DNA from: Eledone cirrhosa | Taxonomy: Eukaryota | Assembly (NCBI GenBank): GCA_964016885.1 | Contig: OZ024746.1 | Span: forward strand, 7,688,001 to 7,752,000 | Length of the DNA: 64,000 bases | Direction of reading: 5' to 3' | Shown here: in pieces, positions 1 to 12,152 of the stretch | Layout of the letters: every line of letters starts with the position of its first letter | Position numbering within the stretch: the first letter of the stretch is position 1 | The notes under the pieces: model-generated | Told to the model about the DNA's origin: nothing | Databases searched by the model: none | The model's input: the letters and a program-made list of their open reading frames with translations, nothing else | Translations under genes and position numbers: made by a program

Positions 1-329
1 GTCTGGTGTGTTTCTGTGAAACAAAACATTTTGTCTTGAAGTTTGATGTGAGAATTATGGACATCAAAGGTCAGGGCTAAGTCTATGATTATGACCTTTC
101 AGACACTATAAATTGGTCCTACAGATGTTCTGTGTGGGATGATGGTTTCAGAATCAAAAGACTTTTATGGCAGTATATACAAGATCAAAATCTTATGCAG
201 TAGGTATGCAGTAAAATGCCAACATTGGGCTGTACAATATTCAGCTGTTTAGTGTAGCATGAAACTTATCATTTGTTCATAGAAAATGGGTGTTTAGCAA
301 AAGTCCTCCTTGGGTCATCCACAAATGGA

Positions 330-610
330 TAGAAACCATTTAATTGAAGATGTTTGGAAAGCGATTTCTCCAAATAATTGGTATTGATTCATTCGATGTT
401 GATAAAAAAAGTACCCATCAAGTACTGGGGTTAATACTTCCTCTATATCTCTTTTTCACTTCCATTTTCTCACTCTCTATCCTTCTTTGGAAGAAATCTG
501 CTGTATTCAGACCTGGAGAGGAATGGGTTCCACCAGGCTTTAAAATGCCCTAGAAACACTGTATGTCAATACAGCACCCCAAAGCTCCCTCAGGAGTTAT
601 GGGACCATGT
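330..610 (+). mobile_element. Diverged SINE-like repeat (same family as 9110-9428 and 39600-40250)
   Basis: Shares GATAAAA..GTACC core and the GAAATCTGCTGTATTCAGACCTGGAGAG..GGGTTCCACCAGGCTT tail with the reverse complement of 9120-9330. Confidence 0.55.
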
Positions 611-739
611 TTGCAATAACCAAGAAATAAATAAACTACCTTTGAAATATTTATTGATAGCCATGGAATACAACAAACCGATAACTCATCAGAAACATAG
701 AACATTTTAAAATAACTGTTTCTACTTTTGACACAAGCC

Positions 740-930
740 AACAATTTGAAGGGAAGGAGGACTAAAGCAACCCCAGTCTGTTACTGGTACTTTATTTTAT
801 TGACCCCATAAGTATGAAAAGCAAAGCTAAAATCAGTGGAATTTGAACTCAGAACATAAAGGGATGTTACTATATGTTACAAAGCATATTATCTGATGCT
901 CTACTGATACTGCCAATCTACCAAACATTT
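740..930 (-). mobile_element. tRNA-derived SINE family A, diverged copy
   Basis: Reverse complement carries TTGGCAGTATCAGTAGAG head, GAGTTCAAAT B-box and the CAATAAAATAAAGTACCAGTAA core. Confidence 0.7.
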
Positions 931-957
931 AAAATAACGACAACCATATTTCATTAA

Positions 958-1388
958 TCTCCTTATAATATATAACCAGCAATTTCTCTGTCTGTCTGTC
1001 TGTCCAACAGTGGAAACACGTGCGCGCGTGCGAATGTTTTTTGCGCACGCGTAGAGAGAGAGAGTGAGAGTGAAAGAAAGAGACAGACTACGAGAGGGGG
1101 ATAGCAGGAGGGGGAGAGAGAGAGTGAATAGACGCTAAAACACGTGCGCGCGTGCGAATGTTTTTTGCACACGCGTAGAGAGAGTGAGAGTGAAAGAAAG
1201 AGACAGACTACAAGAGGGGGATAGCGGGAGGGAGAGGGGGGGGGGGAATTGAGGAGTGCTACAGAAACATATATACATTTCTGTGTGTGTGTAATATATA
1301 TATATATACACACACAGAACTATATATACATTTCTGTGTGTGTAATATATACTAGCAGAAAACCACCCGGGAGGCGGTTTTCTGCTAG
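958..1388 (+). mobile_element. Non-autonomous Helitron-like element 1
   Basis: 5' A|TC start, (TGTC)n near the 5' end, 3' hairpin and CTAG|T end; internal tandem duplications at about 1015-1240 and 1260-1350. Confidence 0.6.
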
Positions 1389-1763
1389 TCTATATATCTA
1401 AAACAGAGAATGTCTGTCTGTCTGTCTGACTCCCTAAAACTCGAGAACCACCCAACCGATTTTTTTCAAACTTTACACATGTAATACTTATGGTCGTGTG
1501 AGTGTTTTGAGCAAATAATATTTCGAATTTTCTATGCCGTAAGGACTGCATTAGGCGATTTAGTGATCTCTCTGTATAATTCTTAGCCTTTCTTTTTAGA
1601 TAGATACATAGATATAACGTTGCGCCCTTATAATATCTGTCTGTATGTCTGGTTGATTGCATTACGACATTATGACACTATCTGTGTGTGTGTGTGTATA
1701 TATATGTATATATATAGTGTGTGTGTATATATATATATATATATCGTTAAACGATGATGATGA

Positions 1764-1817
<54 letters not shown>

Positions 1818-2106
1818 TGTAACGTTTTTCGAAATATTTACTTCTGCTTTCACAGATTGATTTTTTTAGTTTCAGAAGATCTGTTAAGAGTGAAAGCAGC
1901 GATTCTTTGCTTAAACTTTAATCTGTTATTTTAATATATATATATATATATATATAATTATATATTCGTGTACAGATATTTTTGCATACACAATAACAAA
2001 TTATAAACAAACGTATTTATTTCATGAGGCTCGATAAGGATAAATATATATCAAATATATAAGAACCCTAGAACAAATCCCGAGCAACGCCGGGCCATTC
2101 TGCTAG
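1389..2106 (+). mobile_element. Non-autonomous Helitron-like element 2
   Basis: 5' TCTATATATCT, (TGTC)n, CCGATTTTTTTCAAACTTT motif; 3' CCCGAGCAACGCCGGG hairpin followed by CTAG|T. Confidence 0.7.
1868..1917 (+). ncRNA. Degenerate type I hammerhead ribozyme in a Penelope-like tail
   Basis: AGTTT-CAGAAGA (U4>A)-stem II-GAAA-GCA..TGC-TT-AAACT; same family as the truncated minus-strand copy at about 28460-28517. Confidence 0.5.
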
Positions 2107-2361
2107 TATCATATTAAAACACAGAGATCACAGTATATATCCCCCAATGATATGTATAAGATATTCTATATATATATACTTTATCTCTCTCTTTCTATAT
2201 ATATATATATAGAGAGAGATAGTCTGCAGTGCTGAGGACCAGGGATACCATTAATCATGGGAGTACTCAATGTATGTGGAAATGCAGAGTGGGTGTAGAG
2301 ATTTGGAAAATCCTGACCACAGTGTCAAGCGTTTTCGTATTGGTAGCATGGTCAGATTTTA

Positions 2362-2424
<63 letters not shown>

Positions 2425-2425
<1 letters not shown>

Positions 2426-2615
2426 AGTTTGTCCCGGGTTCAATCGGGGGTAACCACAGTAAGTAAAGTACTCAATACAAAGCAGAGTATAAATATTTAA
2501 TATAGAAAAGGCTTCTACAGAACTAGAACTGTTTCATTCGGGAGAAATCGTCAGGGCTTCCTGATGATTTCTCCCGAATGAAACAGTTCTAGTCCTGTAG
2601 AATCATTTTCTATAT
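2425..2615. mobile_element. Penelope/retrozyme-like tail with fold-back (56-bp arms)
   Basis: 2500-2555 is inverted at 2560-2615 with 4 mismatches; terminus AAGTTTGTCCCGGGTTCAATCGGGGGTAAC recurs at about 54876-54905. Confidence 0.6.
2555..2605 (+). ncRNA. Type I hammerhead ribozyme motif
   Basis: GGCTTC-CTGATGA-TTTC/TCCC/GAAT-GAAA-CAG/TTCTAGTC/CTG-TA-GAATCA; the opposite arm retains GAAGCC, which completes stem I. Confidence 0.7.
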
Positions 2616-2624
2616 ATATATATA

Positions 2625-4284
2625 AATAATAATAATGAAATTATTGTGTACAGTGCTCAGGTGCACTACAACTTGTCAAAGGTGCATGTATAGTACATAG
2701 AATAATATACAAATGTCAGGGAAGTGAATAGTGTATGAGTCATGATATACATGTGCGTGTGTGTATGGAGGGGGGATGTCAGGTGTAGTGTTGGCGAATC
2801 TCAGGAAACATGGAGGTTTCAAAGGATGCAGTGTCGGGACAGCTAACAACTGATGCAGGGAGTTTGTTCCATACTTCAGCAACTCTGAGCGTGAAAAAAT
2901 GTTTCCGAAAGTCATGGGAGCTGTGCTGTATTCTGACTTTGTTGGCATGCCCGCGTGTGATAGATACATGGAAATCAAAAAGGTACTCAGGGTTGTTGTT
3001 GGCAAGATGGTTAATAATTTTGTGGTTGTTTACCAAGTCAGTTGCCAGATGTCGGAGCTTCAATGTATCCATGCCCAGGGAAGCAAGGCGTTCAGAGTAT
3101 GGTAGATGCCTGATGGAGGGTATTCGTCTCTGAACAGTTTCCAGGTGGTCAATGTTCTGAGCAAGATAGGGGTTCCAGACTGGCGATGCAAATTCTAAGT
3201 GTGGCCGCACCATAGCTATATACAGCTTTAAATAGATAGCTGGAGAGCGGCTGACAAAGGTCTTGCTGAGTGATGCTAAGACACCCTCGGCCTTCTTGAC
3301 AATTTTAGAGATGTGCTTCGTCCAACGCAAATCGCTGCTGACCATAATGCCCAGGTCACGTTCACAAGAAGACTTCTTAATATTACTGTTATGGAGGGAG
3401 TATGTGGATGCTGGGTTTTTACTCCCAAAATGCATGGTGAGGCACTTATCCACAGTTAGCTTGAGTTGCCAGTCTGTGATCTATTGTTGCATTGTGTCCA
3501 GGTCAGATTGCAGGCAAGATCTATAGTGTTCAGGATCTGTCCTTTTTATCTCAAGGTACAGCTTGATGTCATCTGCATATTTCAGTACTGTGGCATTCTT
3601 TAAGTTGGCATCTACGTCATTAATATATGCCACAAACAAAAGGGGGCCAAGAACAGATCCATGTGGTACACCAGATGACATCTCATATGGTGTGGAATGC
3701 TGTCCTAGAACTGTGACTACCTCTCTTCGACTGAGAATGAAGGATTTCAACCAGTTAAAAAGATCATCCTTCACACCCATATAGAGAGTTTTGCCATAAG
3801 TCTTTTGTGTGGCACAGAATTGAAAGCCTTAGCAAAGTCAAGGTAAACAACATCCACTCATGAGCCGCCATCAGTGATCCAGGTGATGTCTTCAAGAAAC
3901 TCAATAAGTTGATCACAGCAGCTGGAGTTAGGGATAAATCCAAATTGCAAGGGCCGGATAAGACTGTGAAAGTTCCAGAAGTTCCAAAGCGTTTCTCTAA
4001 CACAGGATTCCATCAGCTTGGCAATGCAACTAGTAAGACTGACTGAACGATAGTACGCAGGTGATGTGCGGTAACCCTTTTTGAACAGAGGAATGACACT
4101 GGCAGTTTTCCACTGTTCTGGAGTAGCACCATTGTTCAGACAGAATTGGAAGAAGCGTGATAGCTGGTGTAGAAGGAAGTACCCACCACGTTTAAGAAGC
4201 AGGTACGTAACACCATCAAGACGAGGAAAGGCATGGTTGTGTTTATTTTTAAGGTGTCGTTGCAGCATTGCAGGTGTAAATTCC
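2625..4284 (-). mobile_element. 5'-truncated CR1-type LINE, ORF2 reverse transcriptase pseudogene
   Basis: Consecutive broken ORFs with WKTASVIPLFKKG, QFGF, SGVPHGSVLGPLLFVAYIND, KYADDIKLY, ERDLG, VRPHLEFASPVWNP, TRGH..K, FFTLRVAEVWNKLP; (TTA)n tail. Confidence 0.93.
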
Positions 4285-4338
4285 ATATATATATATATAA
4301 AGTAAGATGACAGGAGGTCAAATATGCTGAATTTAAAC

Positions 4339-4395
<57 letters not shown>

Positions 4396-4658
4396 GAGAG
4401 AGAGATATAAACTTCGACCTCGATGACAAGCTGAAAACATATATATATAACAAAAAATGTCATACAGCATAGAGAGTGGACTTGGTGCTTTTAGTCATGG
4501 CAATAACATTGTCGGAGATCAGGTGCAGAGTGTGTCCAGCTTTCATGCTTGTATGTATGGGTTGGGCAGGTGAGGTGTATCAGGGGTGCGGTGTTTGGAA
4601 ATGTGTGGGGTGGGCAGGGTGAAGAAGTAAGCAAGTTCAACATCGATGAGGTGCATGA

Positions 4659-5165
4659 AATATTTAGCAGGTGAGGGCAGGGTATTAAGTGGAGAGAGAG
4701 GATGAGGTGAGGTGAGATATTTAGCAGGTGAGGGCAGGGTATTAAGTGGAGAGAGAGGATGAGGTGAGGTGAGATATTTAGCAGGTGAGGGCAGGGTATT
4801 AAGTGGAGAGAGAGGATGAGATGTGATGAGATATTTAGCAGGTGAGGGCAGGGTATTAAGTGGAGAGAGAGGATGAGATGTGATGAGATATTTAGTGGTG
4901 AGGGCAGGGTATTAAGTGGAGAGAGAGGATGAGATGTGATGAGATATTTAGCAGGTGAGGGCAGGGTATTAACTGGAGAGAGAGGATGAGATGTGATGAG
5001 ATATTTAGTGGTGAGGGCAGGGTATTAACTGGAGAGAGAGGATGAGATGTGATGAGATATTTAGCAGGTGAGGGCAGGGTATTAACTGGAGAGAGAGGAT
5101 GAGATGTGATGAGATATTTAGTGGTGAGGGCAGGGTATTAAGTGGAGAGAGAGGATGAGATGGGG
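4659..5165. repeat. Minisatellite, 56-57 bp unit, about 9 copies
   Basis: GAGATATTTAGCAGGTGAGGGCAGGGTATTAAGTGGAGAGAGAGGATGAGATGTGAT repeated. Confidence 0.95.
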
Positions 5166-5477
5166 TGAAGGGAAGATTGGATAAGACTAGTGTATCCTCT
5201 ACATGTTTGTTTCATTTCATTTTGTGCACATGGGAAGGTGGGTCATCTTCTGGAGCACATAATGATGCCAGAGATCTCGATCCTGTGTCATCTCCTTTGT
5301 GAAGTCTTATTAGGCAAAGGTGAAATTTAAATTTTCAAGATTGCTGCTACGATACTGCTTTCTCTCTCTCTCTCCATCCCCCTCTCTATCTCTCTTATTC
5401 ACACACATACATTCTTACTATCCCCTGTCCATATAGACTTGTTACAACATGGGATTAGAAAATAAAAATATTCAATA

Positions 5478-5690
5478 TCACTGCTACCACCAGCACCAGC
5501 ACCATTACCACCACCACCATCACCACCACCACTGCCAGCACCACCACCATCATCACCACCACCACCACTACCACAACTACCAGCACCAGCACCACCAGAT
5601 AAGGAGAAGAGAAAGAGAGGGAATTGAAGGAGAGAGAGAGAGAGAGTTAGAGGAGAGAGAAAGCAGGAGACAGAAAGAAAGAAAGAAAAT
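5478..5690. repeat. (CAC)n and (GA)n simple repeats
   Basis: Direct inspection. Confidence 0.9.
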
Positions 5691-6089
5691 GTAGAAGATG
5701 GCTACTTGTGACTTTAGAAGTTTGGAAGTTAAGGTGAGAGGCCAACAAGTATACCAGTGCATTACTGGTACTTTATTTTATCGATCCCGTAAGGATGAAA
5801 GGCAAAGTAAACTTCGGCAGGATTAACTTTGCCTATCATATGAAGTTACTGATGCTGCTGCTTCTATTCTCCCTCCTCCTTCTCCTCCTCATCTCACCCT
5901 TCTTCTCTTCCTCCTACTACTCCCCATCTTCCTCCTCTCCTGCCCCTCCTCCTCAGCCTCTGTCACACCCCCCCCCACTTAAACTAACACAAAACACTAA
6001 TTAGGATCAACTTCACACCACAAAAAGATGTAGACAAAAACAAGTAAATATTTATACCTACCATATCTTCTTTTTCTTCTTCAGTTATG

Positions 6090-6363
6090 ATATGTGGGTA
6101 TATGTGTATGTGTGTATGTGGGTATGTATGTTGTGTGTATGTATGTAGGTGTGTATGTATGTATGTATGTATGTATGTATGTGTGTGTATGTGTGTGTAT
6201 GTATGTGTGTGTATGCGTATGTATGTATATATGTGTATGTATGTATGTGTATGTATGTGTGTGTGTATATGTATGTGTGTGTGTATGCATGTATGTGTGT
6301 ATGTATGTATGTATGTATGTGTGTATGTATGTGTATGTATGTATATGTGTGTGTCTTATGTAT
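6090..6363. repeat. (TATG/TG)n microsatellite
   Basis: Direct inspection. Confidence 0.95.
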
Positions 6364-6600
6364 GAAGGCCATTCTGATATAAAGCCTGCAACTTCATTTG
6401 CCTCCAATGATGTCGACCAGTTCTTCTTTTGGAGCAAATGTATTCAACGTTCAGAAAGAGGGATTGGCCCCGTGCAAAGCCTTTCCTCACTTAAAAAAGC
6501 TTCATTTTTTGCGATGCATGGTATTGTTGACCATAGGCAAGTCCCTAGCAGGACTAAAAAGCCACGATCGTAATGCTCATACTTAAGTATCAAACGATGG
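6361..6600. mobile_element. Possible mariner remnant
   Basis: TATGAAGGCCATTCTGATATAAA resembles a mariner terminus; FFAMHGIVDHRQVP resembles the mariner FFD..GIVH.EFVP motif. Confidence 0.3.
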
Positions 6601-6624
6601 CATTACTGGAAATCGAGTTGCAAA

Positions 6625-6810
6625 TAATTGTTTCTATTTTTGGCACAAGTTCAGCAATTAATCAGCACATTACTAGTACTTTATTTTATCGATCCTGTGA
6701 GGATGAAAGGCAAAGTTGACCTCGACGAGATTTGAACTCAGACCGTAAAAGGTCATAACTATACTGGAAAGCATGGCATCCGACCCTCTACCGATACTGC
6801 CAATGCACAA
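6625..6810 (-). mobile_element. tRNA-derived SINE family A
   Basis: Reverse complement matches the 41741-41932 copy. Confidence 0.85.
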
Positions 6811-8059
6811 ATAATAGAAACGTGGGTGGTGGTGGAAAATCGGTAATTTTTCTAGGTTGTGCCCGTTGATTTTTTTAAAAATCAGAATTAGTCGTTTAGT
6901 TTACATATTGAGAGCCCAACCTATTCTATTTATTTTATAACGTATTGGATTTCTAGTTATGTACTTTTTTTTGACATTTATAATGTTGTTTTTTTTAATG
7001 TATAAAGACAAATCTGAAAAATTAATAAGCAGAGTGGTTGTGGCGATTATTCGAGACCAGAGAGTAATTCATTGCAGAACAGTCTGATCAAAGGGAAGTA
7101 ACTCTACAGAAATAGTTATTTCCCCTCCTGTGGAACAGAGTTTTCTCCCTTAAACATAAAGGCCATTAACTGTTGGTAGAAATGTACACGCTGCTCCTCC
7201 CCGCTGTGTTTTCCGAACTGGGAAGGAGCCCTTTGTAGCCTGTTTAGATGTAAGATTAGTTGGTAGCACACGAAAAAATGCAGGTAAAAAGAAATGGAAA
7301 AAAAACTCGGGTAGAGGAGAGTGTAAAGTCGGAGCGACGTGATCCCTTTTCCAGGGAAATCTTTAGGACCTCAGTAGGAATTAAGTTTAGTTGATAGCAA
7401 ATGGGGAAAAAAACAGAAGAAAAAAAGTTAGGTAAATTTACAGAACACACCTCTCGCTTTCAATGGGAAATAAATTCCTCGTTTTTTTTTTATTTAAATT
7501 TAAATTTTTATTCCCGTGTTCTAATCTGACTTCGGAAAACGGAGGGGGTTCGGGGTGTCCCATCTCTTCCGGAGTTTTCTACATCATTTTTTTTTTTTCG
7601 CATATTATCAACGAATATGATCCCCAAACCAGTCGGAAATGACCAGCTTTGTAGAAAAGGGAGGGGAAAGGGACAGAAAGACCATCGTAGTTTTGAAGAT
7701 CTACACACCTCTCGCGTTTGGTGGGAAATAAATATTCCTCGTTTTTTTTTTTCGTGTGCTATCAACTAATCTGACCTCCGAACCTTGTGGTGTGTGACCG
7801 ATTAACGCACTAAGTGTTGAATTGATGGTTGCTTTTATTTGTGGCTTTTTTGGTCTCTCTCTTTGTTTATATATTTTTGTTTATTATATTTATAAGTCTC
7901 CTTGTAATAATTAATTGTATTTATTATTTGTTTATTTGTTCATTCTGTAGGAGTTATAATCAATTTGTAATGTTATTTATACATAAATAATACTATGAAT
8001 AAAATCTTTAAATATATATCATTCTAACAAAAACTGGAAATCACCGAACTTGGTAAATA

Positions 8060-8407
8060 CTTTCAGAAGCACCATTTTGATCTCCATGTGTCTAACACAC
8101 GTGGACATGCCTACAAAATCAGAAAACAGCACATGACTTTCGTAGACATTTTTTCATGCTCAGAGTTGCTGAAGCATGGAACAAACTGCCTGCGTCAGTT
8201 GTTAGCTACCGAGACACTGCATCCTTTAAAACACTCATGCTTCCCGAAATACGCCAAAACTACATCTGATGCACCCCTTCCATACACATGCACACATGTG
8301 TATATCATGACTCATGCATTGTTCATTTTCCTGACGTTTGTACATTACCCTATGTACTATACATACACGTTTTGATGAGTTGTAGTGCACCTGAGCACTG
8401 TACACAA
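8060..8407 (+). mobile_element. CR1-type LINE 3' fragment (same family as 2625-4284)
   Basis: SNTRGHAYKIRKQH motif plus a 3' UTR matching 2640-2960 in reverse. Confidence 0.88.
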
Positions 8408-8597
8408 TTGGCAGTATCGGTAGAGGGTCGGACGCCATGCTTTCCAGCATAGTTACGTCCCTTTACGATCTGAGTTCAAATCCCGCCGAGGTTGACTTTG
8501 CTTTTCATCCTTACGGGGTCGATAAAATAAAGTACCAGTAATGCACTGGGTAATTGCTGGCCTTGTGCCTAAAGTAGAAACAATTATTATTATTATT
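8408..8597 (+). mobile_element. tRNA-derived SINE family A
   Basis: A-box TGGCAGTATCGG, B-box GAGTTCAAATCC, core CATCCTTACGGGGTCGATAAAATAAAGTACCAG, (ATT)n tail. Confidence 0.9.
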
Positions 8598-8639
8598 TAA
8601 ACGAAAAAGCGACGAAACTGTTTTACTTGTTTCTCACGA

Positions 8640-8748
8640 AAACGTTTTCACTTTCCAACGGAAAATCTTATTAATAAAAATAGAAAGTCAACGAATGATG
8701 TCAATCATTTTTATTAATAAGATTTTCCGTTAGAAAGTGAAAACGTTT
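8640..8748. repeat. Inverted repeat, 42-bp arms (1 mismatch), 25-nt loop
   Basis: 8640-8681 is the reverse complement of 8707-8748. Confidence 0.9.
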
Positions 8749-8998
8749 ATATATATATAAACGAAAATGTCTGTATGCAGGCGATGCATTTCCACAGTTT
8801 CCATCCGATTTTGTTCAAATTTGATACATAGGTTATTTTGCTCCCGGAGTATGTCAACATTAGTTGAAATCTTTCTCTCCCCTAAAATAGCAGAGTTCTG
8901 GGGTTATTTAAAGACAGTCGTGTTGAGGAGAGAGGGGGGGGGGGGTCTTTATTTACAGTGACGAAAGATGTGCCCGGCAACGACGGGTCTTTTGCTAG
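8749..8998 (+). mobile_element. Non-autonomous Helitron-like element 3
   Basis: TATATATAAACGAAAATGTCTGT start, CCGATTTTGTTCAAATTTG motif, 3' CCCGGCAACGACGGG hairpin and CTAG|T. Confidence 0.65.
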
Positions 8999-9109
8999 TA
9001 GTAAATATATTCCCCCCCCCCCCCCACATTTATTTTTCTAATTTTATATTTTGGGGCATCATAATCATGATAAAAATATTCAAGGCAATTTTGAAATTAG
9101 GTGTATATG

Positions 9110-9428
9110 TATGTATGGTCCCGTAACTCCTGACAGAGTCGCAGAGGCGCCGTATTAACGGCATTTCTTGGGCATTTTAAGCCTGGCGGAACCCATCACT
9201 CTCCAGGCCTGAGTACAGCAGATTTCCCTCAGAGAAAGATAGAAAGTGAGAGAGAGAGAGGGAAATGAGAAAGAGATATAGAGGAAGAATCGACTCCAGT
9301 ATTAGACTGGTACTTTTTTTTATCGACCTCGAAAAGATGAAAGACAAAGTTAAGAAAGCAGAGAGCCGGAACAAATTACCATAAAGGAATCTATCCAACG
9401 TTCTAACGACTCTGCCAATTCGCCGCCT
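9110..9428 (-). mobile_element. tRNA-derived SINE with family-A-like head and a distinct tail
   Basis: Reverse complement starts GGCGGCGAATTGGCAGAGTCGTTAG, followed by the GTCGATAAAA..GTACCAG core. Confidence 0.7.
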
Positions 9429-9819
9429 ACGAAATCAGGAATACCATTCAGAAAGCTAAAGGGTCCGCAGTTTGTCCACGACTGGTTTATTTATTTAGTA
9501 TATATAGCAATATGTGAACAATAATTTCGTTGGGTACAGGAGTTCGGCGAGCTTATTATTGCTAGGTTTACTGACAGCAGGAATGACAAACAACCGCCTG
9601 TAACATGGGGACGTTAGAAGAGCACAGAGTTCTCTTCAGTATCTACATGCTTACATTAATCACAGTATACTGTCGTAAGACTATCTACCGCAAGCAGGAC
9701 CCCCAAGAGAAATTTTGCAAGGCGGTACAAGACCCCTTTGGGGCTCGAAGCAGGCAAAGATTTTTCTCAAAATGAATGTTGCATGGCTGCTGTGGAGTCT
9801 TCTTAGCTCTTGGGCGCCG

Positions 9820-10215
9820 AAACAAAGCACCTCTTCTCTATCATGGACCCTGGAACAAAGTACCTCTTCTCTATCATAGACCCTGGAACAAAGTACCTCT
9901 TCTCTATCATGGACCCTGGAACAAAGTACCTCTTCTCTATCATGGACCCTGGAACAAAGTACCTCTTCTCTATCATAGACCCTGGAACAAAGTACCTCTT
10001 CTCTATCATGGACCCTGGAACAAAGTACCTCTTCTCTATCATAGACCCTGGAACAAAGTACCTCTTCTCTATCATGGACCCTGGAACAAAGTACCTCTTC
10101 TCTATCATAGACCCTGGAACAAAGTACTTCTTCCCTACCATAGACCCCAGAACAAAGTACCTCTTCTCTATCATAGACCCCGGAACAAAGTACCTCTTCC
10201 CTCTCATAGGCCCTG
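9820..10215. repeat. Minisatellite, 33-bp unit, about 12 copies
   Basis: CCCTGGAACAAAGTACCTCTTCTCTATCAT(G/A)GA repeated. Confidence 0.97.
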
Positions 10216-11069
10216 ACCCCAAGTTTCCAAGAAAGCCACAAGCCGTGTATCGGACTATAAATGGCCCTACCATCGAGATTATAAATGCTCTTCCCTAGAG
10301 TGACTTGGAGCCATTCGTTGGGTAAAGGATTTGGAATGTAAGTAAAGTCTTTTTTGGGGCGAAAAGTTTTATTAATTCATTTCTAAGATTTTCTTTTATC
10401 CCAAATAGAGTTAACGTAAGAAAGAGAAAATGTTTTCGTCGGTAAAATAAAAAAAAATAAAAACATTTAAGTTTTTTTTCGTTTCTGAAAGTATTTACCC
10501 GTCGAATTCGGTGATTTCCAGTTTTAGTAAAAGTTCTCACATTCTTTTCTTTTTCTTCTTTTCACCACCCCGCCTTTTTTTTCATCCTTTTTGTTGCCTT
10601 TAATCAGGGGCGGTGGAAGCATTTCTAAGTGGGTGGTGGGTTAATTTAGTTGTGATTTGTTGAAGACCTTAAGCCAGATATGGCAATCTCTGCCGCTTAT
10701 TGAAAGAATAGAACATTTCCAACAATTTTTTAATTAAAACCATGAGATGACCGTATTTAAATACCAAAGAGCAATAAAGAAAATCTCAACGAAATAATCC
10801 ACACTAACAGACAGCCAGATTTAAAAATTAGTTGATGATAAGGGCCATTTCAACACTTTCTACGCTCATGTTATAACCATCACCCGAGGTAAAGCTGCGA
10901 GTGTGCTGGCTTGTCCTAAAATTATTAGAGAGACTTCCTAGTCTGCCTCGCGATATTGTTATCTTTTGTTCTAGTAACAGTTCGTTTGTCCACTACTTTC
11001 ACCTCCCTTTTCTTGTATGTGGTCCTGTTTTGTATATATTATGTGTTTGTGTTTTCGCTCTGAAACCAT

Positions 11070-11380
11070 TATAATAATAATAATGAAATATTGTGTACAG
11101 TGCTCAGGTGCACTACAACTCATCAAAGGTGCATGTATAGTACATAGAATAATGTACAAATGTCAGGAAAATGAACAGTGTACGAGTCATGATATAATAA
11201 CAATAACAATAATGAAATATTGTGTACAGTGCCCAGGTGCACCACAACTCATCAAAAAAGTGCATGTACAGTACATAGGGCAATGCACAAACATCAGTAA
11301 AATGAACAGTGCACGAGTCATGATACACACATGTGTACATGTGCATGGAAGGGGTACATCAGGTGTAGTTTTGGCGTATT
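11070..11380 (-). mobile_element. Two tandem CR1 3'-UTR/tail fragments
   Basis: ATGAAATATTGTGTACAGTGC.CAGGTGCAC.ACAACTC occurs twice and matches 2635-2790. Confidence 0.85.
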
Positions 11381-11589
11381 ATATTATTATATTTTTTCTA
11401 CAACTGTGAATAAAACTTCTAATGAGATTCTAAAATGTACATTAAATTCAAACTTGACTGGGGCCATTATCACCCGAGAATGGTTCGTGAGAACTCTCAG
11501 GGATTTAGTACACCAATGGTTATCAAAATTTGACAATTATGTATGTGGGATTCTTTTTGAAGTAGAATTAAAAAGTTACACAACTTGAC

Positions 11590-12152
11590 CGTATATTCGT
11601 ATTTGTTAGTATTTCAACCTCACCTAGTTGATATCTCCAAGGATCCCACAAAATTACAGATGGAATTGTTTGAATTCTCAGAAGATGCTATTATAAAACT
11701 CTTACTTGACACTAAGAAACATCTGACTGAAATATGGAAAAATACAAAAGAATATCCATAACGTTGGTAACATGCACGAAAAATACTGTCTTGATTTTCA
11801 ACCACTTATTGCTGCGAATCTACGTTCTCCTATCTAACCAGAGTGAAGATGTCTTTGAAATCACAAATGTCGGATGTCCATCTTGAGGTTGAGTTGAAAC
11901 TTCAGACCTCCATGTTGCAACCAAATATCAAAATGCTTTCCAACAACAAACAGTCAACAAAATCATTAAAAGGTAGTTAGCTTTAAAATGCATTTTTGTT
12001 TTCGTTTTTAGATAATAAGTACAGATTAATTATATTTTTACAAAATAATGTAGATTTTAAGAATATATAATTATTTTTTTTTTAAATGTAGCCTTATTAT
12101 ATTTCAAGTAAGTTAATATGGCCTTTCAACATGAAAATATTCCCTACCTCTG
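11590..12152 (+). mobile_element. hAT (Charlie/SPIN, GTF2IRD2-like) transposon 3' fossil
   Basis: Manual translation from 11621: LQMELFEF..EIWKN..EYP*..ARKILS*FSTTYCCESTFS...SQMSDVHLE..LKL..S.LQPNIKML..KQS (hAT C-terminal dimerisation domain, with stops); ends in TIR-like TTCCCTACCTCTG. Confidence 0.85.

Noticed and set aside
9776-10298. Overlapping ORFs with 11-aa repeats (e.g. DPGTKYLFSIM)
   Set aside because: Produced by a stop-free 33-bp minisatellite open in several frames on both strands
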